From a virus (taxonomy: Duplodnaviria > Caudoviricetes), in IMG/VR virus record IMGVR_UViG_3300042994_000012, positions 1 to 41,543 of that record: 41,543 bases of DNA; one strand, written 5' to 3'. The notes under the pieces were generated by a model. That model searched no databases, was not told the origin of the DNA, and saw nothing but the letters and a program-made list of their open reading frames with translations. Made by a program: the position numbers and the translations under genes. Below, one piece after another: positions 18,221 through 28,079 of the stretch. Each line of letters opens with the position of its first letter. The stretch's first letter is position 1.

Positions 18221-20632
18221 ATGCCAAATCGTGATCCCGTAACGGGACGTTACACCAAAACTCCTGATGCGATTATGGGCTTTAGTGCCTCTAAGATGCT
18301 GGGTAGTGTTGGCAAAGACTTGCTGTCTTTTACATCCAAATTTACTACCACTGCCACCGATGCTCTAAAACAGTTCATCGGCACCATGAAGAACTTTCTG
18401 GCACAACTCACTTCATTGTTGTGGACAGGATTAACTAAAATGCTGGGCGGTGTCGCGACTGGCATTGGTAAGATGGTTTCTCTCACAGCCAGTTTGATTC
18501 TCAAGGGCATTGGGACCTTGTCGGGAGGTATCGTGGGGGCAATGCGCGCCGTGGCCTCGTCGCTCTTGCACTCGATCTCGGCTGTGGTGTCCACCTCGTT
18601 TACCGTCCTGATTAACGGCGCCAAAGTCTTAGTCGGTGCTCTGGCTGGCATTACATTGGGGCTCACCAAAGCTACACAAGCGACTGCCAACTATGGCCGC
18701 TCTCTTACCGACTTTCGCGCATCCACCGGCATGGGGTATGGTGCTTCGGCTGGTGTGCTCAATCGCTTTGGTGCGCTCGGTATTTCGCGCGAACAAACAC
18801 AAGGTACTTTCGGTGCGCAGAACCCCGCGTTGTTTGGCCTTAAAGCTTCCATTTGGGGTTTACCCGGCTATGGTAGCCCGGATTTAATGCCGCAAGTGGC
18901 GGGACGCTACCAAAGTATGATGGGTTCTGGTTTGGGCGGTCAGCTTTTAGCACAGCAAATGCTCGGCACTTTGGGCATGAATAGCCCTGAAATGCGCCGC
19001 GCCGCCATGACCCCTGTTAGTGAAATCCGCTCTCAAATGGCATTCCAATCCAACGTCCAAAGTACTTTAGGTGTTGACCCGCGCATGATTGCCGATGTAA
19101 CGCGCCAGTTCGACACGCTCACAAATCGGCTAAAAATACTGTCTGACGCCGCATTGGTGCGACTTGGTGCGGAGGTTTTACCCAGAGTCAATGCCGGTTT
19201 AGAAGTGCTCACCAACACCTTACTAAACAACAGCGTGGCGATAGGGAGCTTCATCACCAATGCGGTAAATACCTCGTTTGCAGCGCTGGCGAATTTTGGC
19301 GCGTTTATGCTACGCTTACCCGGCGTGTTCATCGGTGCCGCTCAGGGTGCCTTAGCTTTCGCGGATAGCATCCTCGGTTTTGTCGATACGGGTTTGTCGG
19401 CACTTCCCCAACTGTTCGACACGTTTCTAACAGGAGTTTCAATCGTACAAACAGCGGTGCAGCCATTGTTTAATGGCATCGCCAGCGGCTTCGATTATCT
19501 GGCCCAAGTAGTACCACCGATTATCTCACAGGCAGTCAACGGCGTCGGCACTGTGATTACCTTGCTGCAGAACGGCATCACAGGCTTTGGCAATGCAGCG
19601 GTTACAGTGTTTGGAGCCGTAGAAGGTGCGCTAAACAAGATTCTGGCAAACCCCACACTGCAAAGCGCACTAAAGGCCGGAGAAGCCGGGGCAGACATAG
19701 CTAAGACCGCTGCGCAACTCACAGAAGGGCCACGTAACGCCATTCGTAATGGCGCTGAAAGCATGGGAGTTAAGCCGGGTAACAGTGACCTGCTTTCGTT
19801 CTTAGCACTTCCCGCAGCCGCGTTGGTGGGTAAATCAATTCTCGGTTTAGGTTCGCGTGCTATTGGTGGCGTCGGAGGTGCGGCTGGTGCTAGTGGTGCC
19901 GCCTCATTCCTACCGCAATGGATTCCCAAATTTCTACCGATGGGTTTAGCTTCCAAGATTCCCGCAAAGGGAATTGCAGGTTTGGCCTCTCGCGCACTTC
20001 TTAACCCTGTCGGGGCAGGTCTCGCCATTGGGTTGGGCGGCTACAGTGCTTTGCAGAGCCGTGGTTATCTGGGGAAAGACGCTCCCGGCGTCGGTGAAGC
20101 TATCAGTAACATGTTGGCGCGCATGACCGGCGGCGAGGTCACGCAGCAAAATGGCTACACTGCTTCGCAGAATGCGGCAAGGCAGGCACCGCGCGCCAGT
20201 TACACGCCAGTAACAGACAAAATACGCAGCGGCATAGCTCATCTACAAGGCTACTCGCACATCCCAGGTACTTTGGCCACACAATACAGCGCCGGGGTGC
20301 AGCGAGGCAAACAGGGCAATGGTTCGATTGCTCAATGGATGGGCAACAACGTAGATGTAAACCGGCTGGCTTTTGAAGGACAGCAGCAAGTTAATAAGAT
20401 TCGCGCTGATTTACGAGGCGCTGCGCAATCTGTTGAAAACAGCGAAATGCTAAAAATGCTGGCGAATATTTTGAAAGCGTTGCAAGGTATCAACACCAAC
20501 ACTAAGCCGAATCAGGCGGCCACCGAACGACTGGAACAGGCACTCAAAAACAACGGCAATCAGGTGTTGGGCCATGCCATGAATGCTGCTGCACGCGAGG
20601 GAGCGCTGGGGACGCTCAGGATGGGTTATTGA
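18221..20632 (+). CDS. Tape measure protein
   Basis: 803 aa, Ala/Gly/Leu-rich amphipathic helices, directly after the chaperone pair. Confidence 0.85.
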   Translation: MPNRDPVTGRYTKTPDAIMGFSASKMLGSVGKDLLSFTSKFTTTATDALKQFIGTMKNFLAQLTSLLWTGLTKMLGGVATGIGKMVSLTASLILKGIGTLSGGIVGAMRAVASSLLHSISAVVSTSFTVLINGAKVLVGALAGITLGLTKATQATANYGRSLTDFRASTGMGYGASAGVLNRFGALGISREQTQGTFGAQNPALFGLKASIWGLPGYGSPDLMPQVAGRYQSMMGSGLGGQLLAQQMLGTLGMNSPEMRRAAMTPVSEIRSQMAFQSNVQSTLGVDPRMIADVTRQFDTLTNRLKILSDAALVRLGAEVLPRVNAGLEVLTNTLLNNSVAIGSFITNAVNTSFAALANFGAFMLRLPGVFIGAAQGALAFADSILGFVDTGLSALPQLFDTFLTGVSIVQTAVQPLFNGIASGFDYLAQVVPPIISQAVNGVGTVITLLQNGITGFGNAAVTVFGAVEGALNKILANPTLQSALKAGEAGADIAKTAAQLTEGPRNAIRNGAESMGVKPGNSDLLSFLALPAAALVGKSILGLGSRAIGGVGGAAGASGAASFLPQWIPKFLPMGLASKIPAKGIAGLASRALLNPVGAGLAIGLGGYSALQSRGYLGKDAPGVGEAISNMLARMTGGEVTQQNGYTASQNAARQAPRASYTPVTDKIRSGIAHLQGYSHIPGTLATQYSAGVQRGKQGNGSIAQWMGNNVDVNRLAFEGQQQVNKIRADLRGAAQSVENSEMLKMLANILKALQGINTNTKPNQAATERLEQALKNNGNQVLGHAMNAAAREGALGTLRMGY

Positions 20633-20901
20633 ATAATCGTTTGACGTGTGTTGGGGTCAATCGTAACGGTAACGTTTTTCTCTGAGCCATCGGCAAAACG
20701 CGCCACTCCAACAAATTTATGTTCACCGTCCGGCACAAGTACAACCTCAGTGCATTGTGTCGGGCTTTTTGCAGCTTGCAACTGTGCGTTGTAGTTGGCT
20801 TGCACGTCCTGCTGAATCTTCTCTTTATCCCACTTAGGGCCGCTGCTACAGCCAGCCAGCGCAAGCGGAATCAAGAGCCAAAGTACTTTGAGAAGTCGCA
20901 T
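20626..20901 (-). CDS. Small lipoprotein (moron)
   Basis: Signal MRLLKVLWLLIPLA followed by lipobox LAGC. Confidence 0.75.
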   Translation of the reverse strand: MRLLKVLWLLIPLALAGCSSGPKWDKEKIQQDVQANYNAQLQAAKSPTQCTEVVLVPDGEHKFVGVARFADGSEKNVTVTIDPNTRQTIIQ

Positions 20902-21003
20902 GGCGAAATTATAAGTTGAGCAAAATTTGTGGAAGTACCGAAGAGACCTGTGTATTATTTTTTGGTACTCCCACAAAACAGTCCTTTCCTTTAATACATG
21001 TGT

Positions 21004-21870
21004 TTATTCCAGCGGTTTTAATGAGTTGAGTTTGATGCCAAGTGGTGAATTCGGCTCTTTTTCCTTCAAATCAACCCAAGTCTGTGATCCAGGAATGGAC
21101 ATAGGTGTTTGTGTGTTAGACGTCGGTCCTTGAGGCCCACTATTAACCACAGGTGTTGGAGTAGTCACTTCCAATGGGATGTAGTTTATGGAGACAATGG
21201 GATCAAATGCGTAGTTAGAAGTTGAAGAAAAATACTGTCCACCAGCACCAAACCCAACCCCTGCGAATTGGGCTTTACCGGTAATCTTCTTGAATACTCT
21301 GTATTCTACTGTCGAGTACTGGACTGATTGCACATAAAAGAAACGACGTCCTGGTTTGTTGAAAGCTGTCACCAGCCTGGTTGCAGCCTCTCTTATGTCT
21401 TCGGATGAAAATTGCTTTCCGCGAAATCTGAAAATATCTTGAACAATCAATTCCGCCTTATCATCGTTTTCGAGACTAGAAGTAAATGAGAGATATGTAG
21501 AGTCATTAACAAATTTTTTATCTACTATAGATTGATAAAGAATTTGATTCTGGAACTCTGGTTCGGGGTCTTTGCCGTCCGCTTTCACTTTTGTCCAGGA
21601 GGATTCTGCAGAACTCGTCCCAAAGTTATCAATCATTAACAGACTCTCGACAAGCTCCGACGGGTTTATAACATGATTAGGAATAATAAATCGATTCTTG
21701 AAGAGTGACAACCCCTTTTCTTTCTCTTTATTCACGGAAATTCCATCAGCCATAGGAGTCGGCGCCTTTGTCTTTGACTTAGCCACAGCAGGAGAAAAAC
21801 AACTAAATGCTACACATGACACACTTAACAGAAGCGGCCTAATGACTCCATTACTTGATACGTTTCTCAT
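21004..21870 (-). CDS. Secreted hypothetical protein (AT-rich moron)
   Basis: N-terminal signal-like segment; visibly lower GC than its flanks; AAAGGA RBS. Confidence 0.7.
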   Translation of the reverse strand: MRNVSSNGVIRPLLLSVSCVAFSCFSPAVAKSKTKAPTPMADGISVNKEKEKGLSLFKNRFIIPNHVINPSELVESLLMIDNFGTSSAESSWTKVKADGKDPEPEFQNQILYQSIVDKKFVNDSTYLSFTSSLENDDKAELIVQDIFRFRGKQFSSEDIREAATRLVTAFNKPGRRFFYVQSVQYSTVEYRVFKKITGKAQFAGVGFGAGGQYFSSTSNYAFDPIVSINYIPLEVTTPTPVVNSGPQGPTSNTQTPMSIPGSQTWVDLKEKEPNSPLGIKLNSLKPLE

Positions 21871-22018
21871 GACTCATTCCTTTACTTATTGATTTCACTA
21901 TCCACGACCAAATGTCCGATGGCCCTAATCGCCAAAAACTCAAACATTGTAACACGGAATCAAAATACTCTACAAATCCGCCCCAAAATCACTCTTAGCT
22001 TTTAGGAGGTGAGAATTC

Positions 22019-23764
22019 ATGCCAATTATCATCACAGCGCCGGGGCACGTTGCGGCTCGCTACAACAACACAACACAAAAATGGCAAACCTCGGCTATTG
22101 TAAACGGTCAGGAGGTGTGGTTTGACCCTTCGTCCTCAAGCCAACCCCCGGGCAATCCTCCTCATTTCTACACTTCTAACAGGTGGGATGGAAGGATTTC
22201 TTCTAAAACTGGTGACGGCAGCGTAGATTTGCCAGTGGATTGGATTATCGAGACTGCTGGCCCTCGCACTGGTTCTCCAAGCATCAATGATCCCCTCCGC
22301 CCCAACAGCGCTTATCCGCGCGGTGGCTCGATTGGTCCGGTCAATGTTTGGATTTCAAACTTCACCGAAAACGGAAATAGCATCACGGCGCATAATGTTG
22401 GGACGCTCGATGTTACTCTGCCGGAATCGTTCACTCCCACTCTTACCAGCATCCCTGCGCATAACGCTCAACAACCGACTGGCACCTTTCGCTCGTTAGA
22501 TGGGGCGATGCAGGCTCGTGTCGGAGGCTATGAAACCACGTATCAAGGCAATTTCGGAACGATCAACAGCAATCCATCCAGTGCGACGGTTGCCTATTGG
22601 TCATGGTCGGCTCTTCCCATGCCGTCATTCATGGCACAACAAATCTCGCCCGGCCTGGTATTCCCGTCGATACATCGTTTTACGCCAGCCGCCTACAGCG
22701 CCAATTCCCTGCAGCCTGCCGCCACAACTCTAACATGGCATTACCGGCACAACATTGGAAGCTGGGTGCCGGTTGCTCAAGGTGCCACATTTGATGTCGG
22801 ACTGGTCAAGGGGAATAATGTTGTCGAACTTCGCGTTACTGATGAATGGGGACGCTACGCGGTTTTTTATCGGACCTTCTTTTTTCAGAATTTCGCCCCA
22901 ACCGCGAACATGGTTCTGGCCGCAACACAGAACGAATCGGAGGTGCAGGCCAACGGCACCGCATCGACTGACTCGGACGGAACAGTGGTCGAGTGGGAAT
23001 GGAAGTTTTATTCAGATTGGATCACCGACACGAATTTTCCCATGCGTGGGATTTTGCGCGCTGAGTTCGCCACCGCCACGCCGATCACAACTTACCAGTA
23101 CGAAGAAGATCAAGGTGGCAAGCGCGTCAGTGTGGCTTTGCGCGTCAGAGACAATGACGGCACATGGTCAAACGAAATCCTGCAGGTTTTCGATTTTCCT
23201 GAATACGGTGGACGATTGGGACTGTGCATTGACGAAAACGGCATCATCTACACGACCGCCAAAAGCGGCACTAACCTGCTGGTTTACCGCTATGTTACGA
23301 ATGCCGCATCGCAGCAATTGGTCACCACGCTGGCCAACCACAAAGATGGTTCACTATTCCAGAACGGCAAGCCAGGCAGCGGCGGGCCGTTGTATCTGTG
23401 CGCTTACGATTCGAGCGCAAACGTGTGGCGCTTGCGCAAGAGCGATGACTTCGGGGGGACGTGGAATATTGTGGCATCACCATTAGGTTCAGATTACGTT
23501 GGCGTCGATATGACTTCCGTGGAAGAAATCATGGTTGCCGCTGGGGTTCATAAAACCAATAACACTATCGACATTTTTCGTTCGCTCGACCAGGGCACAA
23601 CCTGGACAGCAGCGGGCAATGCGGGCACGCTCTCGACCTCACCCAAGGCCGTATCAATCACCACGAAGATGGCCAATGGAGACGCGCGGGTCATTCTCAT
23701 CGCACCCGGCATCCTGAAGTACTCTGACCGGCTGGCTGAAGCCAACAGCTGGAACAATCTGTAA
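22019..23764 (+). CDS. Virion/tail protein with PKD domain and BNR/Asp-box repeats
   Basis: APTA...GTASTDSDGTVVEWEW...LRVRDNDG (PKD); SDDFGGTW and SLDQGTTW (Asp-box); AGGAGG RBS. Confidence 0.7.
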   Translation: MPIIITAPGHVAARYNNTTQKWQTSAIVNGQEVWFDPSSSSQPPGNPPHFYTSNRWDGRISSKTGDGSVDLPVDWIIETAGPRTGSPSINDPLRPNSAYPRGGSIGPVNVWISNFTENGNSITAHNVGTLDVTLPESFTPTLTSIPAHNAQQPTGTFRSLDGAMQARVGGYETTYQGNFGTINSNPSSATVAYWSWSALPMPSFMAQQISPGLVFPSIHRFTPAAYSANSLQPAATTLTWHYRHNIGSWVPVAQGATFDVGLVKGNNVVELRVTDEWGRYAVFYRTFFFQNFAPTANMVLAATQNESEVQANGTASTDSDGTVVEWEWKFYSDWITDTNFPMRGILRAEFATATPITTYQYEEDQGGKRVSVALRVRDNDGTWSNEILQVFDFPEYGGRLGLCIDENGIIYTTAKSGTNLLVYRYVTNAASQQLVTTLANHKDGSLFQNGKPGSGGPLYLCAYDSSANVWRLRKSDDFGGTWNIVASPLGSDYVGVDMTSVEEIMVAAGVHKTNNTIDIFRSLDQGTTWTAAGNAGTLSTSPKAVSITTKMANGDARVILIAPGILKYSDRLAEANSWNNL

Positions 23765-23796
23765 AGTCACACAAACACGTTTGCACCATTTAACCC

Positions 23797-23859
23797 ACTT
23801 TCCCGTTTGGGTGCGAATCCCGAGAATCACCCTCTGCAGCGCATAAACCGCGCTGTATG
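23797..23859 (+). promoter_or_regulatory. Putative late promoter, copy 3
   Basis: ACTTTCCCGTTTGGGTGCG at 23797, TAAACC at 23844, ATG at 23857. Confidence 0.6.
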
Positions 23860-26415
23860 GCTCGTAAACTCCAACCAGAACTCCGCGTAATTTGTTCTCC
23901 TAAATCCGCAATCCCCAACAAAGGCAACGCCGGGGTCGTAATCGCCCAGGCTTACACCGACCGCATGGCGTTGGGCCAGGGCGATGGCGCCGGGCTGGGC
24001 CTGCAGTCCCTCAATCCCACCGTTGCCAGCACATGGCTTTCGACCGGTGCCGCCGGGGCGTTCTCGGACGTCTCCGACACGGCGGAATTTGTGCGCATGC
24101 ACAAGGATGGCCGCGTGACCTTTGGCGCCAGTGCCCAGATCGGCCCGCGTGACGAGATCGCCGGTTGGACGCTCAAAGGCCGCGTAGTGCCGCACGACGC
24201 CCGCGTCAACAACACCGTGGCCGGAACCAGCTCGCTGCCTCAAATGATCTACACTGTGCTTTCGGGCGCCTGGCTGTGTGTGCGTGGCAGCAACGGCGTG
24301 GCGCAGTTCGTCAACAACGGTAACAACAGCAACGACGTCATCAAAAGCGCTGACCTCAAAGCCAAACAGGGCTGGCAGGGCGACCTGTATCTGTCGCGCA
24401 AAACGCCATCCAGTGCCAATGCCGGTAAAGTGGGCGAAGTGCTCCTTTCCTGGGGCGGGGACTCGCTTCGCGTGCGCCTGCTGGACAATCAACCGCTGCA
24501 GGCGCAAAAGAAGGCAAGTAACGGCCAGTGGACAAATCTGCGCCGCCTGGACGGTGCGACACCCATTCGCTTCGATGGCGGCTATCTGGGCATCATGGTG
24601 CGTCGCATTGGGGGCCGTCTGGTCATCACCACAGGCGCCGACGCTTATCACTTCCTGGACACCACAACTGAGGGCAAAGGCACCGCTTCGAACTGGCCAG
24701 CGGGGCCGGTCGTGGTGCAGGCGACCGGCTGCCGGGTGCGCGGTTCGATCTTCCCGATTGACTACAAGAACAACGACGGCACGCCGCAGACCGCGACGTT
24801 TACCAGCCGCGAGGCGCGCGCTTCTTACATCGGCGATAGTTCCACGCCCGGCTACTCCGCTGGCTGGAAACCCACACCCGAAAGCGTGCAAGTGGAAGTG
24901 ACGGCGCCCGCTGGAGCCGTGCAAACCAAAGTCACCATGACCGCGGCGAACGATGGCATCGATGCGCCGCTGGTGACCAAGACGCTGGCGCAGTTTCCCG
25001 TCTCGGTGCGCGCTTCGAGTGGCGAGGGCATCGACATCGGGCCTGCGGTCTCCTACGCCACGCTCTCGGAAGCCATGCCGCCGATTATGCCGGGTGCGGA
25101 ATTGCGTCTGGACATTGACCGTTTGATGCTGGATGAATTGTTTCCCAACAACGCCTGGCGCGATTATGTGGATGAATTCTGTCCCATCACCTTCGAGTGG
25201 CGCTGGCACTATACCTCGGGGGAACCGGGGCCGTGGATTCAAGAGTTCAAAGGCTACATCTTCATCCCCAAAGAAGACACCACGGCGCCCGATGAACGCA
25301 AGCTCAGCTTGGTCTGTTATGACGAGATCGTACGTCTCAAAGACCCGGCTTCGATCATCGATCATCGCTATCCGCCGCTGGACATCCTCTTTGCTCGCAA
25401 GCAGGCGGCGGCCATGGCTGGCGGTGCCCAAGCGTTGGCAAATCTGCGTTTGTATGGCGGCGAGTGCGTGCGCGAGATTCTGCGGCTGTGTATCAGCCAG
25501 GCCGAAGCAGACCGATTGAATACGACCGGCTACAATGACGACACGGCTCTAGGCCCACGTTTTGGCTCGATGAAGTTTTTCAGCGCTGACCATTATCCCT
25601 TGCTCGATGCGGGCAAGGACAGCACCGGACTGCTGCCACTGTCACAGATCGCCGACGGCAACCAGATACCGACGAGTGGCGGCTGGATGTTACCGGCCAA
25701 GTATGAAAGCGACGGCCTGGGCTGGATCGGCGACTTCACAGAACGAGATCAGGGAGTGTTTTTCTATGGCCACCCCAACGGCTACGATGGCGAGCGCCCC
25801 TACCCCATCTACGGCAATATCGCGAACATCATCGCGGCGCGCCAGTTCGTGCATGTGATACCGGATGCGATCTACCAGGCGGGAAGTCTGGGCGATGTGG
25901 ACGCGGACACCTTGCTGCAGAAAGTCAGCATCGATGCGCGGCCTGATGCGCACATCAACCGTGTGCTGGTACTGGCGCGGGGGCTCTTCGGCGATGGGCT
26001 GGAGGGTATTCTTCCAGCGATGCGCATGGCGGTGGCCGAAATCGGCTCGGATCATCCCAATGCCGCTTATCACACCTGGGAGCGCACCAAAGTGATCCGC
26101 AATAACCTGGCCGGTTTCCCAGGCGCGGCGGAAGCGTTAGCGAAGCTGTATATTTCGCTGTTGACCGATGTGGTGTTGCGCTGGCCGACGTTCACCTTCC
26201 GGGGCCGTGACTATCGGCCACTGTCAGGCGAGCGGCCCGTGCACTGGGGGGATCGAATAAAAACACTTCAGTCCGGCCCAGAGAGCGACACCGGGCTGGG
26301 TATTAGTGGTATCGAGTGGCGTGTGGAGCGTTGCGAGAAAGTCTGGGACATGCAGGATCAGTTCGATCACTGGACCACGGCCTGGACTCGACCACTTTTG
26401 AACAATGGCGTTTAA
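23857..26415 (+). CDS. Large tail tip/hub-like structural protein
   Basis: 852-aa ORF in the tail module; C-terminal WGDRI...WRVERC resembles tail hub ends. Confidence 0.6.
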   Translation: MARKLQPELRVICSPKSAIPNKGNAGVVIAQAYTDRMALGQGDGAGLGLQSLNPTVASTWLSTGAAGAFSDVSDTAEFVRMHKDGRVTFGASAQIGPRDEIAGWTLKGRVVPHDARVNNTVAGTSSLPQMIYTVLSGAWLCVRGSNGVAQFVNNGNNSNDVIKSADLKAKQGWQGDLYLSRKTPSSANAGKVGEVLLSWGGDSLRVRLLDNQPLQAQKKASNGQWTNLRRLDGATPIRFDGGYLGIMVRRIGGRLVITTGADAYHFLDTTTEGKGTASNWPAGPVVVQATGCRVRGSIFPIDYKNNDGTPQTATFTSREARASYIGDSSTPGYSAGWKPTPESVQVEVTAPAGAVQTKVTMTAANDGIDAPLVTKTLAQFPVSVRASSGEGIDIGPAVSYATLSEAMPPIMPGAELRLDIDRLMLDELFPNNAWRDYVDEFCPITFEWRWHYTSGEPGPWIQEFKGYIFIPKEDTTAPDERKLSLVCYDEIVRLKDPASIIDHRYPPLDILFARKQAAAMAGGAQALANLRLYGGECVREILRLCISQAEADRLNTTGYNDDTALGPRFGSMKFFSADHYPLLDAGKDSTGLLPLSQIADGNQIPTSGGWMLPAKYESDGLGWIGDFTERDQGVFFYGHPNGYDGERPYPIYGNIANIIAARQFVHVIPDAIYQAGSLGDVDADTLLQKVSIDARPDAHINRVLVLARGLFGDGLEGILPAMRMAVAEIGSDHPNAAYHTWERTKVIRNNLAGFPGAAEALAKLYISLLTDVVLRWPTFTFRGRDYRPLSGERPVHWGDRIKTLQSGPESDTGLGISGIEWRVERCEKVWDMQDQFDHWTTAWTRPLLNNGV

Positions 26416-26427
26416 CGCCGAGGATCT

Positions 26428-26664
26428 ATGAGCAACTATTCTCTGATCGACGCGCTTTCCCTGCAGCGCCAGGCAGCAGTCCTGGCTTCGCTGGGTGAGG
26501 TGCAAAAACAGTTCAGTCACCTGGACTCTTCCCGGCATGGCAGCACGCCCGCCGATCCGGTGCGAGGCGCCTTCCAGAACGAAGACGGCACCTGGACTTC
26601 AACCTTCAAAGCCGGAATGGCAGTCGGGAGCGCGCCAGTATCCAACCGCCAACGCATGGAATAA
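26428..26664 (+). CDS. Small hypothetical tail protein
   Basis: GAGG RBS, operon position. Confidence 0.55.
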   Translation: MSNYSLIDALSLQRQAAVLASLGEVQKQFSHLDSSRHGSTPADPVRGAFQNEDGTWTSTFKAGMAVGSAPVSNRQRME

Positions 26665-26684
26665 TGTTTCGCACGAAACAAAGT

Positions 26685-26751
26685 ACTTTCCGCATTGGGT
26701 TCGATTCTGCCCAAACCGCAAAGACATGGCCTAAACCAAGGCCATGTCTTT
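26685..26751 (+). promoter_or_regulatory. Putative late promoter, copy 4
   Basis: ACTTTCCGCATTGGGTTCG at 26685, TAAACC at 26732, ATG at 26744 inside a perfect 13-bp stem. Confidence 0.62.
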
Positions 26752-27328
26752 TTCGCGTGTCGAACTTCCAGACGAATACATCAACAACCAGACCGAAGTC
26801 GAAGGCCAGCATCTGGAGCGCGCCTGGGGTTATCTCAACTTCTCTCTGGTGCCGCTGTGGCTGCACCTGGGACCGGGCATCCTGCCGCGTGCGGGAGTCA
26901 ATGCTTTCAAAGTGACGGCTAACGGCACCAGCAGTGTGTCGGTGGCCGCTGGGGCCTGCAACGCACTGCATAACGACTACGGCTCTCTGCCCCTGGAGAA
27001 GAGTACTTCCACTGTTATTAGCGGTTTACCGGTCAGCTCTACGCGCTACCTTTTTGCGGCCATTGAGATCAGCGAACTCAACGATTCACGCAAAACGGGA
27101 TTACCGCTCTTTGACGCCAATGTCAGCGACACGTTGAATGGTGGCTACTTACTGGCGCAGCTCGACATTGATGGTGCTGGTGTGGTGACTGTCACCGACA
27201 AACGCCAGCTTGCTGGCATCCAAAGCCTGGCCGATGCCGACGCGCTGCCTAACATGCTGTATTACTCGACCACGATTTCTAAGCTGGCGTATAAGAGTCC
27301 AGCAGGTGTTGTGAACGCGCTCCATTAA
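26744..27328 (+). CDS. Tail/baseplate protein
   Basis: SVSVAAGAC...YLLA...VTDKR pattern of upper-baseplate-like domains. Confidence 0.55.
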   Translation: MSFSRVELPDEYINNQTEVEGQHLERAWGYLNFSLVPLWLHLGPGILPRAGVNAFKVTANGTSSVSVAAGACNALHNDYGSLPLEKSTSTVISGLPVSSTRYLFAAIEISELNDSRKTGLPLFDANVSDTLNGGYLLAQLDIDGAGVVTVTDKRQLAGIQSLADADALPNMLYYSTTISKLAYKSPAGVVNALH

Positions 27329-27330
27329 CC

Positions 27331-27537
27331 ATGAAAACCACTGAACGTGTCGTGATCGGCACCACGCTGGGCCTGTTGGCCTGGGAAGGTTTCACCTTCA
27401 TCAACCGCGAAAAGAAGGACACCATCTCCGAAATCATTTGGAAGTGGAACAAGCGGACGCCGCTGGTGGCGTTTGCGATCGGCCTGCTGTGCGGCCATTG
27501 GTTTTGGCAGAAAGCCGAAAAGGACACCAACGGATGA
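27331..27537 (+). CDS. Small two-TM membrane protein, holin candidate
   Basis: Two hydrophobic helices; DTISEIIW...GLLCGHWFW. Confidence 0.55.
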   Translation: MKTTERVVIGTTLGLLAWEGFTFINREKKDTISEIIWKWNKRTPLVAFAIGLLCGHWFWQKAEKDTNG

Positions 27538-28079
27538 ATATCCAAACCTTACAGACTGAACTCAATCATCCACAATACGAAGGCAAAACCGACGCTGAAG
27601 TACTTTCGCTGCTCAACGATCCAAGCATCGAATCTTTCGTCGAGCCCGCCACACCAGACTTGACGAACTTTCTTTTCAATAACGGATTGTACGCCAAGCT
27701 CCTGGCTGCTTATCGTAACCCGCAGGTGCCGCTACAAATACAAGTGGCGGCGGAATCCGGCTTAGACCTGGCGCAGTCGCAAATCCCCAACGTCAACCTG
27801 CAAAATCCTAATATTCAGTTGATGCTGGGCGCATTGGTTCAGGCGGGCGTATGGACTCAGGCCGAAGCCAATGGCGTGCTAAATTTCGGGAGACGCACTC
27901 ACAGCCGGGCTTCGGAGTTGTTCGGTGTTGATGTGACTCAAGCCGACCTCGACGCAATGCGCCTGCAGCAACTCTTACAGCCCAAGATCGACACTGTGCG
28001 ACAGAAACGCGCGGTGCTCGATGCGATTATCACTCAACTGGAATCTGGCGTTGATGTGGATATTGAGGAAGTAGTCTAA
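27534..28079 (+). CDS. Hypothetical phage protein
   Basis: ATGA coupling at 27534 (MNIQTLQTEL...); stop overlaps the next start. Confidence 0.6.
   Translation: MNIQTLQTELNHPQYEGKTDAEVLSLLNDPSIESFVEPATPDLTNFLFNNGLYAKLLAAYRNPQVPLQIQVAAESGLDLAQSQIPNVNLQNPNIQLMLGALVQAGVWTQAEANGVLNFGRRTHSRASELFGVDVTQADLDAMRLQQLLQPKIDTVRQKRAVLDAIITQLESGVDVDIEEVV

Noticed and set aside
23827-25431. 534-aa minus-strand ORF
   Set aside because: Antisense shadow of the 852-aa tail gene in GC-rich sequence; no recognisable motifs
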